This document shows positions 17,712-25,531 of a stretch of DNA of 25,945 bases, in pieces. Both the position numbers and the translations under genes were made by a program. This stretch comes from a virus (lineage: Duplodnaviria; Caudoviricetes), in the IMG/VR virus record IMGVR_UViG_3300020045_014203, positions 1 through 25,945 of that record. One strand, given 5' to 3'. The notes beneath the pieces were generated by a model that worked only from the letters and a program-made list of their open reading frames with translations, ran no database searches and had not been told where the DNA came from. Position 1 is the first letter of the stretch; each line of letters opens with the position of its first letter.

Positions 17712-18362
17712 GTGCCTGACACTATCCAAAAAACCGCAAGCGAATGGGTTGGCAAGTGGTTTAACAAGGGCCAACTAGAGCAGTGTATGGCGTTTGTTAG
17801 ATTTATTCTTGACGAGGCGAATTCTACTTTTGCTGAAAAGGTTACAGCGGCGCCTGTTGACGGGTTGGCTACCGGGTTTTATTTAGCCAGTAGCCTTGCA
17901 GGGAGAGACCTTGGCAAAATTGTGGTCAATCCTGAGCAACTTAACGCTGGGGATGTCATCTTCTTCGAAGACACCTACGATGGTCCTTGGCCGGAAAAAA
18001 CCATAACACACGTTGGTGTATATATAGGGGATGGTTTTTTTGTGCATCGCCCTACGGTATCGCGACCCGTTGAGAGAGCACATTTGACGGGATATTGGTT
18101 GGATAAGTTTCGCTGCGGATTAGGTACAGCGAGAAGTGAAAAGCAGAGCGACACAAAACTACCTGCGCCTAAACCAGTCACTGCGCCACCAAAGAGAATT
18201 AAAGTCTTTGCGCATAGCGGAAGGGTGTCTGTGCTCAAGGACGGCCGTAATGACATTGACGATCTTGAAGTGAAACTCACTGTGCATAACGGTAAAGCGG
18301 TTTTGATGGTTGACGGAAAATTCATCAACTTCGGTTCGGTTTCGCTGGATATCACTTACTAG
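17712..18362 (+). CDS. Endolysin, NlpC/P60 (C40) peptidoglycan peptidase
   Basis: QCMAFVR (Cys nucleophile), GDVIFF, and THVGVYIGDGFFVH (His...His). Confidence 0.85.
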   Translation: MPDTIQKTASEWVGKWFNKGQLEQCMAFVRFILDEANSTFAEKVTAAPVDGLATGFYLASSLAGRDLGKIVVNPEQLNAGDVIFFEDTYDGPWPEKTITHVGVYIGDGFFVHRPTVSRPVERAHLTGYWLDKFRCGLGTARSEKQSDTKLPAPKPVTAPPKRIKVFAHSGRVSVLKDGRNDIDDLEVKLTVHNGKAVLMVDGKFINFGSVSLDITY

Positions 18363-18399
18363 GTTTTACCGACAGGTTTTACCGACAGGCTTTACTGGC
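18361..18399 (+). repeat. 13-bp tandem repeat x3
   Basis: AGGTTTTACCGAC AGGTTTTACCGAC AGGCTTTACTGGC. Confidence 0.85.
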
Positions 18400-18419
18400 G
18401 CAATTGGTTACGGCACTTG

Positions 18420-18452
18420 AAAAGACCGGCATAAAAACCCGGTCTTTTTTTT
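18420..18452 (+). terminator. Intrinsic terminator after lysin
   Basis: AAAAGACCGG...CCGGTC-T8. Confidence 0.8.
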
Positions 18453-18461
18453 ATTTGGGTG

Positions 18462-18492
18462 TTGACGCGGGTATAGCCTGTGTGTTAAAAAT
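18462..18492 (+). promoter_or_regulatory. Possible promoter for 18552 gene
   Basis: TTGACG followed after 17-18 nt by TTAAAAAT (imperfect -10). Confidence 0.4.
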
Positions 18493-18551
18493 AGGAACCG
18501 CCCCAGTCTGGGTAGGAAAAATTTAAGTAAAAAACCAAGGAGAATGAAACT

Positions 18552-19130
18552 GTGAAAATCGAAGTAGTAACTACGCGGACATTTGACCTGAGTGAGAGCA
18601 ATGGTAAAAACGAGTATGCTCGCCACCTCGCCAACAGCGGTATTCGGAATATCGCCCCAGGCGCTTGTTTTCGGACCGAGGGAAGTCCTGACGATCCAAA
18701 CGGTCCGCGCCAAATCCCATACGCAACCCTCTATAACGTGGAGACCGGGGCTGTTATTTCCGAGAAGTCTATGCTTGACCCAGAAATTGCAGGATTTCTG
18801 GTAATTGCAGGGCAAATGGTTGAAGCCCTGGCCCGCGTGTGGCACAGCCGGGTTACTGACCCGAACGCACCCAAACCCGCCCCTGGAACGTCGACCCGTG
18901 GAAGAAAGTCCAAGGCCTGGCACGAGGCGAAGGCGTTGGCATTGGCTAGTGGTGCAACCGAACAGGAAGCCATTGCCGCTGCTCAGGCGGGCGAACAGGG
19001 CGAAGCGACTGAAGGCGAAGTGGCAAGCGAGCAGCCGACCGCAGACGAGGCGAAGAACAGCGCACAATCTATCGTCGAGAAGGCTATGGCGGCAGCAGAG
19101 CGCAAGAAAGCCGCTGCAGCCGGTAAGTAA
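18552..19130 (+). CDS. Hypothetical protein with Ala/Glu-rich C-terminus, monocistronic
   Basis: AAGGAG RBS, GTG start, flanked by terminators. Confidence 0.75.
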   Translation: MKIEVVTTRTFDLSESNGKNEYARHLANSGIRNIAPGACFRTEGSPDDPNGPRQIPYATLYNVETGAVISEKSMLDPEIAGFLVIAGQMVEALARVWHSRVTDPNAPKPAPGTSTRGRKSKAWHEAKALALASGATEQEAIAAAQAGEQGEATEGEVASEQPTADEAKNSAQSIVEKAMAAAERKKAAAAGK

Positions 19131-19141
19131 AAAGTAGTCTT

Positions 19142-19181
19142 AAAAAGGCCCGGTGGCTTCCTAAGCCACCGGGCCTTTTTT
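19142..19181. terminator. Intrinsic terminator
   Basis: 18-bp perfect inverted repeat AAAAAGGCCCGGTGGCTT / AAGCCACCGGGCCTTTTT. Confidence 0.88.
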
Positions 19182-19191
19182 GCTTTTTTTA

Positions 19192-19220
19192 TTGACAGGC
19201 GCTTTTGAATTTGATATAAA
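19192..19220 (+). promoter_or_regulatory. Near-consensus sigma70 promoter
   Basis: TTGACA-17 nt-TATAAA with an extended TG and a T-tract upstream. Confidence 0.75.
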
Positions 19221-19222
19221 TA

Positions 19223-19345
19223 GCTAGGCACTTGGCGAAAGCCGGAAACGAGAGGGCTGAATGCGAAGGTATAAACCCTGTGTTCGATATGTGGTAGCAA
19301 GAAAAAAGACCCGGTTGACGTAAAATCAACCGGGTCTTTTTTTTT
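19223..19345 (+). ncRNA. Candidate ~120-nt sRNA (alternatively mRNA for a 20-aa peptide, 19261..19323)
   Basis: Bounded by a promoter and a terminator. Contains a GGC-GAAA-GCC tetraloop hairpin, AGGG/CCCT and GCTA/TAGC pairings. Confidence 0.45.
19302..19345. terminator. Bidirectional terminator at the strand-convergence point
   Basis: A6-GACCCGGTTGA...TCAACCGGGTC-T9. Confidence 0.88.
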
Positions 19346-19365
19346 ATTCCCCCCTAACTACTTAC

Positions 19366-20334
19366 TTACAGCCCGGCTGCGAGAAACTTCATTTCCTCCC
19401 ACAATTTGCCAGTAATCAGGCTTTGCTGCAACACCGGATTGGTCATACAGGATTGGTCAATCATCGCGGCCTTGACCATAAATTCCTGAGCGTTATTCGA
19501 GTCCTTCCCGGCTTTCGCTAAATCACCAAGTTTCGCCTGATCAACCAGGTGCATTAACACAAGTTCGGGTCCGTTCGCCGCACTTCCGCCTGCCGCTTTC
19601 TCTGCTTCAATTCTCGCGGCTTCGTCTTCAGCGGCTTTTTTCGCCGCAGCTTCTGCCACCTGTTTTTGAAGGGCCGCCATTTGCGCCAGCATTGCCGCTT
19701 GCGGGTCCGCAGTATTGCCAGCGGTATTGCTTGAGGTGTTGCCAGTAGCATTGGGCGTTGAGGAATTGCTTGCTGGCTTATTTGTTCCCTCTCCAACCAC
19801 GCCGAGGAAGTCAACGGGGCGCCGCTTCTGAACCATTTTGACGGTTCCGTCTTCGTTTTTCTTGCCCATATCCGGCACGTCTTTCAACCCCATTTGCCAA
19901 CGGGTTCCGATCCAACTACTGCCACGGCGCAGGGATTTAGGGAGCAGGTGCTTCTGGGCGTCTTCGCCGAATTTACCCTGCCGCAAGTCGAGAATAATAC
20001 TACCAAGGGTGCTTGCCGAATTCAGGGCTTTTTGGTTTTTCAGGGGTTTGATTCCATCGTTTTGCAGACCGTCAATCGTTACCGCCTCCCAATGGTCACC
20101 GATTGACCAAAGTTCCGTCCGCTCCTCATTGTCTTCCTCGTCAATAATCGACACTTTGAGCACCAGGCGTTCGCCCTTCATATAATCCTGGTGAAACGTG
20201 TAAAACGCGTCAACAATTTGAAAAGGGAAATCGGTTTTAAACCCGCCCTCAACAACGGCGTTTTCATCGTTGACCACGACTCCGGCCGCAATTTTTTCTC
20301 CTTCAACGTGTCCGGTTGCGTTTGCGTTACTCAT
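19366..20334 (-). CDS. Hypothetical protein, possibly ssDNA-binding/replication accessory
   Basis: 322 aa with an AAGGA RBS. Beta-rich acidic N-domain, N/S/T/A linker, helical C-domain. Function inferred only from context. Confidence 0.65.
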   Translation of the reverse strand: MSNANATGHVEGEKIAAGVVVNDENAVVEGGFKTDFPFQIVDAFYTFHQDYMKGERLVLKVSIIDEEDNEERTELWSIGDHWEAVTIDGLQNDGIKPLKNQKALNSASTLGSIILDLRQGKFGEDAQKHLLPKSLRRGSSWIGTRWQMGLKDVPDMGKKNEDGTVKMVQKRRPVDFLGVVGEGTNKPASNSSTPNATGNTSSNTAGNTADPQAAMLAQMAALQKQVAEAAAKKAAEDEAARIEAEKAAGGSAANGPELVLMHLVDQAKLGDLAKAGKDSNNAQEFMVKAAMIDQSCMTNPVLQQSLITGKLWEEMKFLAAGL

Positions 20335-20698
20335 ATTGGTTTAATTCCTTCTTTCTGTATTCGCTTCTTTTGTGGGTTGGGTTTTTCTGCTGAACAATTA
20401 TTGAGTTATACGATTCGAGTAAAGCCAGTTTGTGAATTTGGTTAAATGTTTCTGGTTCTCCTTCGATCACTTGGTTCATTTGCTTGCAGTAAATATGTTT
20501 TAATTCGCCATTCATAAGAACGCAAATTCTCTCGATACAATTATCAAGGGCTTCCTTCATTGTTTCGCCGCTTGACATAATAGACCATTGCCTAAACGCC
20601 CATTCTGGGCAATCTGCGAAGATAAACTCGCGAGTGACTATTTCGCGCGTGTATCTAGGGTCTGCGTATTTGTCGTTAAGCCTTCGTTTGTAAGACAA
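20327..20698 (-). CDS. Hypothetical protein
   Basis: TTG start with an AAAGGGA RBS; overlaps the next gene by 8 nt. Confidence 0.6.
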   Translation of the reverse strand: MSYKRRLNDKYADPRYTREIVTREFIFADCPEWAFRQWSIMSSGETMKEALDNCIERICVLMNGELKHIYCKQMNQVIEGEPETFNQIHKLALLESYNSIIVQQKNPTHKRSEYRKKELNQYE

Positions 20699-20700
20699 TG

Positions 20701-20844
20701 CTATCCCTTTCTATTTGTGCGGAACTTTTTTTGCGCAATCATTTTTATTGATTGTCTTCTGGCAATTGGTGGGTTCCAACCATTATTTCTCTGCAAAATT
20801 TCCTGCCAAAGAAGTGGTTCGATAAACCCATTAGAACGCCCCAT
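20701..20844 (-). CDS. Small basic hypothetical protein (47 aa), not in ORF track
   Basis: GGAGGGT RBS. MGRSNGFIEPLLWQEILQRNNGWNPPIARRQSIKMIAQKKFRTNRKG* fills the gap after the helicase. Confidence 0.5.
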   Translation of the reverse strand: MGRSNGFIEPLLWQEILQRNNGWNPPIARRQSIKMIAQKKFRTNRKG

Positions 20845-23398
20845 TTACATAACCCTCCAGTATTCTCTGAGTGTCATCTATTTTGCCAATTGTGTCTCTA
20901 TCGTCAAACCGCACAGCGTCAACAAACCATTGCGGCGCGAACTGCTTCATTTCTGCCCAAAGGCGCCTGAACTGTTCGTCGAGGATGTACGTCCGGCACC
21001 AATCATCCTCTGCGCGCATCCCACGGCCCGCCATTTGTATGATCGTCGCGAGCGTTTGTCGTTTATACCACAATTCACCTTCCCTGGGTGTCGGTTGATA
21101 TAAGCGCCTGGCAACCTGTTTATCCCCTAACGATGGGTAAGGGATTTTCGGTATTACGCATATCCGGCAATCATCATACTTCAGGTCTACGCCTCGCGAC
21201 ATCGAAGCGGCAAGTAGGATTGAGTTAGGTGTTTTTAAATAATTCTTTAGCGCGCCATCTCTTTCACTGGCATTGTTGTAGGAAAATACGTCAAATCCGC
21301 AACGGGTTAAGAACGAATAAAGTTGCCTAGTTAAATCAAACGAAACCGTATGGACTAGCATCCTCCCGTGTCTGTTTTCACGTAACAGCTTTATTTCTTT
21401 GCAAATTAGCGGAATCGCGTGGTCTTTAGTTTTGTACGACATATTCCCAATGCCTTTGTAGTAAACCGGCCTACGCTCCACTGGGAATAAGGATGGCATT
21501 GGAATAAACGTCGTTTCGCTTTCAATTAACCCCAGGTCACTCGCAAATTGCACCGGAGCAACGATGGTTGCCGACATTACGAGGTTTATTTTTGAGTGGT
21601 CAAATAAGGCCTTATTCGCGAATTCGTTAATCCTAACCGGCTTGAATGTGCAACTTGATTCATCCTTCCTGTCATAAACCCAACTTTCGCGCCGTTCGTC
21701 TGCAGTTTTTAGTTGTTCAATTGAACGTAGGATTTGATTTATTTTCGCCATTGTATTGAGGCAGTATTTAAGGAATTTCGAGTTTTCTAGTTCGGGATCG
21801 GTTTCGTCGTCCTTCTCTGGAGGGAGTTTTGAAAGGCGTTCTTCATACTCCCGTATCGCTTTATTTACTGACTCGAGAAATTCAATTCGTGCAGGCCAAC
21901 GCGAGGTGATTGAAGGGGTTTGAATCTTAAAGAAATTTAGCAGGCGCGGTTCCAACTTGACTTCGATAAACCCCATTATCGAACTCTCCAATTCGTCCGC
22001 TTCGTCGTAAATTGCTAGGCCACGAGAGAGGAAGCCGTAAGAATCCTTCGCGTCAGAATGCACTTCGTTCGGGGAGTACCCAAATCGCTTGCGAACGTTG
22101 TCAATTCCTGCCGCTTGTGGCAGGTTGTATACCGTCAAGGCGTAGGCGGTATTTAGAATCGCGATTTCCGCTTCCTGTGCGGCGCGTTTTTGTTTGTAAT
22201 ACGGGCAACGAAGTTTACTAGTCCAACCTGCGGTTTCTCCATTTTGGTTCAATCCTGGGAAACACATACTGCAACCGGTCGTTTGTTTAAAATCGCAGTC
22301 ACTGCAGTTTGTTCGCGGGAATTCGTAAGCGTAATCGGCCGTTGGGTAATTCGCTCGGCCTTTTAGCAATAGTGCGTCTTTGTAGTCTTTTTCAAATTGG
22401 TCCTGCAGGGTTTTTGTAGTGCAGACGTAGTTGGCGCGGGCGTTCAGCATTTTTCCTGCTAAGTAGCCTATCAGTGATTTACCTGCGCCTGTAGGACCTT
22501 CTAACAGGATGTTGCGCTTGCCGTCAATTACTGCTTGCCTGATTTGCTCTAGGGCTGTTATCTGCGTTGGGCGTAGGGCAGGGCACCAGGCAGGGAGGTG
22601 GTCAGAGGTGAATTCTCTGGGGTTAAGGAATTGAAATGATTCTTGCAGTAAATTCAATTGGGCAAGGGTTAAGTCTGAGTAGTTAATGCCGTAAGTGTCA
22701 TTACCGCAAGTGTCATTACCGCATTGACCGGCTAAATCGCTCGGTTGCCCCAGGGTTGCAGGTTCAGCAAGGGTTCCTTCCTGCGGTCGCTCCGCTTCGC
22801 TTCGCCCTGTGCCTTCTCCTGCTCCTCCCGTTGCCTCCTTCCCTCCTACGCCTGGGGTTAGTCCTTTAGTTCCGTCCAGCCCGCCCTGGGGCAACCCCTG
22901 GGTCAGTTTCAGGAGCCATTCGATTCCGGTTAACCGGTTGTCCTCGTGCCAGGCTGAATCCCAAGGGCCACTATCTATATACGCCTGGCAATCGCCCTCC
23001 TCGATTTTTTCGTGCGCCACCTCAAATAGTAATACGGCCGCGATGTGGCTACACTGTTTGCGAAATTGGCCGTTCAGGTGGCGCATACAGGAACAGGAGT
23101 ACGAGTCTGTGTTTTCGCAGTATTCCACTTCGTACCGATCAAAATTGTCGGACATCAAGGAATTACCCTCTACGGTAAACCGGTCTAGCGAAATTGAATA
23201 GTCGCAGGGGTATACCGCATTGGGGCCGCTCGTAGGGTTTTCGATGGCGGGGTTGTTGTATATTTTTGTGTACGATACGGCGTCAATGCCGCGTTTTCGA
23301 CCGCGATCTAACAGGGATTTTTTACACCACGCTGGGAGGTGGAGTTTAATTTCGTTGTCTGGATGAATTTCGATTTTTTTGGTTTTCGCTCTGCTCAT
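20831..23398 (-). CDS. SF2 DinG/XPD(Rad3)-family helicase with N-terminal SWIM zinc finger
   Basis: Q motif LRPTQ, Walker A GPTGAGKS, KGRANY, Cys cluster ending CPYY, Walker B IYDEAD, MSAT, RGVD, QMAGRGMR. SWIM pattern CSC...CSH. Confidence 0.9.
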   Translation of the reverse strand: MSRAKTKKIEIHPDNEIKLHLPAWCKKSLLDRGRKRGIDAVSYTKIYNNPAIENPTSGPNAVYPCDYSISLDRFTVEGNSLMSDNFDRYEVEYCENTDSYSCSCMRHLNGQFRKQCSHIAAVLLFEVAHEKIEEGDCQAYIDSGPWDSAWHEDNRLTGIEWLLKLTQGLPQGGLDGTKGLTPGVGGKEATGGAGEGTGRSEAERPQEGTLAEPATLGQPSDLAGQCGNDTCGNDTYGINYSDLTLAQLNLLQESFQFLNPREFTSDHLPAWCPALRPTQITALEQIRQAVIDGKRNILLEGPTGAGKSLIGYLAGKMLNARANYVCTTKTLQDQFEKDYKDALLLKGRANYPTADYAYEFPRTNCSDCDFKQTTGCSMCFPGLNQNGETAGWTSKLRCPYYKQKRAAQEAEIAILNTAYALTVYNLPQAAGIDNVRKRFGYSPNEVHSDAKDSYGFLSRGLAIYDEADELESSIMGFIEVKLEPRLLNFFKIQTPSITSRWPARIEFLESVNKAIREYEERLSKLPPEKDDETDPELENSKFLKYCLNTMAKINQILRSIEQLKTADERRESWVYDRKDESSCTFKPVRINEFANKALFDHSKINLVMSATIVAPVQFASDLGLIESETTFIPMPSLFPVERRPVYYKGIGNMSYKTKDHAIPLICKEIKLLRENRHGRMLVHTVSFDLTRQLYSFLTRCGFDVFSYNNASERDGALKNYLKTPNSILLAASMSRGVDLKYDDCRICVIPKIPYPSLGDKQVARRLYQPTPREGELWYKRQTLATIIQMAGRGMRAEDDWCRTYILDEQFRRLWAEMKQFAPQWFVDAVRFDDRDTIGKIDDTQRILEGYVNGAF
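22693..22722. repeat. 15-bp perfect tandem duplication in helicase linker (CGNDT x2)
   Basis: AAGTGTCATTACCGC x2. Confidence 0.9.
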
Positions 23399-23607
23399 TT
23401 TATGACTTCGAGTATTTCGCTTAAGGCGTACGCCAATTGTCTTTCTACACTGCTGGAATAAGGATCCTCTATAACATCCTTAACTATCAACTGTGCTCGG
23501 CCGTAGCTATCGAGTTTTTGACCACAATCGTAACAAAGCTCCCCAAGTGAACCAACGTGTGTATAGCATCTTCCGCAAACGTATTTGCCTGTTTGGTTAA
23601 TAGCCAT
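23395..23607 (-). CDS. Small zinc-ribbon protein
   Basis: CGRC...CYDC, GGAGGGG RBS, ATGA-type overlap with the helicase. Confidence 0.7.
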   Translation of the reverse strand: MAINQTGKYVCGRCYTHVGSLGELCYDCGQKLDSYGRAQLIVKDVIEDPYSSSVERQLAYALSEILEVIK

Positions 23608-23615
23608 ATCCCCTC

Positions 23616-23885
23616 CTATTTGTCTATGATTGTCAGTAGTTTTGCCAATGCGCTTGCCAAGTATATCTCCTGTTGTGTTGAGGCAGGGTTGCCGTTGACT
23701 GCGCGCAACAGGTAGTTAATGTCCTCGATTACTACTTCTTTTGCTGGCGGCAAACACTCCTGCGCCTGCAATCGTTGAAGCCTTTTGACACATACCTCGC
23801 AAATTCCGTCTGGGGTATTTACAGGATTAGAACAACGGTTCCCGCGTGGGGTTCCGCAATATTTAAATTGAATTTTAATATGCAT
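23616..23885 (-). CDS. Small Cys-rich protein, probable paralog of 23395..23607
   Basis: C...C...CEVC plus a similar C-terminal helix. TAATG-coupled. Confidence 0.65.
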   Translation of the reverse strand: MHIKIQFKYCGTPRGNRCSNPVNTPDGICEVCVKRLQRLQAQECLPPAKEVVIEDINYLLRAVNGNPASTQQEIYLASALAKLLTIIDK

Positions 23886-24190
23886 TATGGTATCAATCCT
23901 CTCTTTTTCAATACATAGTCAACGGCTTCTAAAAATGGGTTCGCTGAGTGCTCGTGGCAGGGGTTGCACATAAAACACACGCAACCTACGCCAGGGCCGT
24001 TTCTAATACCACAGAGTTCACACTCGCTTCCTGCTGGCGTTCCAATTCTGACCGCATGTTTGTGTAGCGGGCACAAATCTTTAGGTGTTTTCATTAGTCC
24101 ATTGCAACCTGGGTAACTACACAAAAACCCAATAAAGTCAAAGTTTTTATCGACTTTAACCCTTGCGCCTTCCAAGTCGCTCGCTTTCAT
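23885..24190 (-). CDS. Cys/His-rich putative zinc-binding protein
   Basis: CSYPGC...CPLH and CELC...CVCFMCNPCH. TAATG-coupled. Confidence 0.65.
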   Translation of the reverse strand: MKASDLEGARVKVDKNFDFIGFLCSYPGCNGLMKTPKDLCPLHKHAVRIGTPAGSECELCGIRNGPGVGCVCFMCNPCHEHSANPFLEAVDYVLKKRGLIP

Positions 24191-24828
24191 TATAGTATCA
24201 ACCCGTCCTCTCTGTCTCTTGCTTCACTAATTCGTTTCCGGTATTTATCCAACACTCGCGTTATGCGCTTCCTGTATAACTCATCCATCCCCTGCGCGTT
24301 CGCCGCGAAGTTATTAATCAGCACAATACCGGCTTTCCAGTCTTTGCGTTTTATAGTGGCCGCTATTGATTTACCAATTGCGAATTTCGCCTTATCGTAT
24401 GCGATACCGTCTGTTATTGATTTGTCTGCAATGATTTCGGTGGTGATAATTGCCAGTTCGTGTGGGTCAATTTCTTCGTGGTGTTTTGCCAAGTAGGCAA
24501 TACGATGAACGACCGCGTCACGGACGAAGTCGGACTTGCATTTATAGGCTTTTACGGTTTCGATAATATAGGCAATCGCCCCGTCCCAATGTTTTGGAAT
24601 TCGCGCGTGAACCGGCTGCGAGTGACCGTTTTTGTCACTTGACCGGTAGTAAAATTTATTCGGGTCAACTTCCGCCAAGATGGACTTTATTGCCTTTACC
24701 GACTCGCTGGCGGTCTCGGAATCAAGGGTAGCCGTTGAAGGTTTTGGCGGGCCGGAGATCACTTCGTTTTCTGGGTGCACGGGCCCACGGAATGGCAGTA
24801 CGTTACTTGGTTGTTTTTCAGGAATCAT
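24190..24828 (-). CDS. Ribbon-helix-helix (CopG/Arc/MetJ-like) DNA-binding protein; start revised to 24828
   Basis: AAGGGGAG RBS before MIPEKQ. SQPVHARIP...I..II....YKCKSDFVRDAV fits an RHH pattern. Confidence 0.7.
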   Translation of the reverse strand: MIPEKQPSNVLPFRGPVHPENEVISGPPKPSTATLDSETASESVKAIKSILAEVDPNKFYYRSSDKNGHSQPVHARIPKHWDGAIAYIIETVKAYKCKSDFVRDAVVHRIAYLAKHHEEIDPHELAIITTEIIADKSITDGIAYDKAKFAIGKSIAATIKRKDWKAGIVLINNFAANAQGMDELYRKRITRVLDKYRKRISEARDREDGLIL

Positions 24829-24971
24829 TGCTCCCCTTTTATAAATTAGGTGTTTTTTTTTACAAATTAACCACATCCCATAGATGGTCAGAAATTTGAA
24901 GGCAATTGATGTAATAATCAACATCCTGAATATTTATAATGCTCGGGATTATTAGAGGCAGGCACATTTAC

Positions 24972-25190
24972 TTACTGTAGAGCCTTATCCACTTCAGACC
25001 ATTCGCAACCCTGGGGGCAGCGGTAGGTCGCTAGTATTGAATACTCCTGAAGCCTGCAACTGCTTGGAGAATTATGCTTTGCGCAGTGACCGCTTACGTC
25101 CGGTCGCCATACCTGCTCAGGTTGGCTTTCCTCTTTCAAGCGCAGGTTTTGGTGCAAGTAATGCCCGCGCTGGTTTGACTTTCTCTTCAT
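24972..25190 (-). CDS. Small Cys-containing hypothetical protein (72 aa); start revised to 25190
   Basis: GAAAGGGG RBS before MKRKSN. CAKH...CPQGC. Confidence 0.55.
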   Translation of the reverse strand: MKRKSNQRGHYLHQNLRLKEESQPEQVWRPDVSGHCAKHNSPSSCRLQEYSILATYRCPQGCEWSEVDKALQ

Positions 25191-25226
25191 TGCGCCCCTT
25201 TCGCTACCCTGTAACTGTATCCTGTG

Positions 25227-25371
25227 TCGTGTATACAGTTTTTCTTGTCTACGTATACTGTATACAAAGTGCAAAACGCCATAGGTGTCTTTTTGTATAT
25301 CACTGCTGTTAACAATTTTGTTGTATACGTGCTCACTGTATACGGCGATTTTTCGTGTATACAAAAAGACA
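25227..25371. repeat. Array of GTATAC palindromes (iteron/operator-like)
   Basis: GTATAC at 25231, 25253, 25260, 25323, 25338 and 25357; GTATAT at 25295. Also a 14-bp inverted repeat and an 11-bp direct repeat. Confidence 0.85.
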
Positions 25372-25531
25372 AAACGCTCCGGCAACGGTTGTTCACCTGT
25401 CTGAGGGAGGGACGACCGAGGGCACACACCTTGGGCAGAAGTGACGTTAGGAACGTTCTCTGGCGAGCGGCCGTTCTCCTGCCTGTCGATGTGTTGGAAA
25501 GTGTTAAGGTTTCGTAATACATTGGAGTAAA

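Noticed and set aside
18361-18399. CRISPR mini-array
   Set aside because: 13-bp units are adjacent with no spacers, and no cas genes are present.
19228-19290. Hammerhead ribozyme or c-di-GMP-I riboswitch (GGC-GAAA-GCC followed by GGAAAC)
   Set aside because: No CUGANGA core before the stem, riboswitch consensus not convincingly matched, and no substantial downstream gene to regulate.
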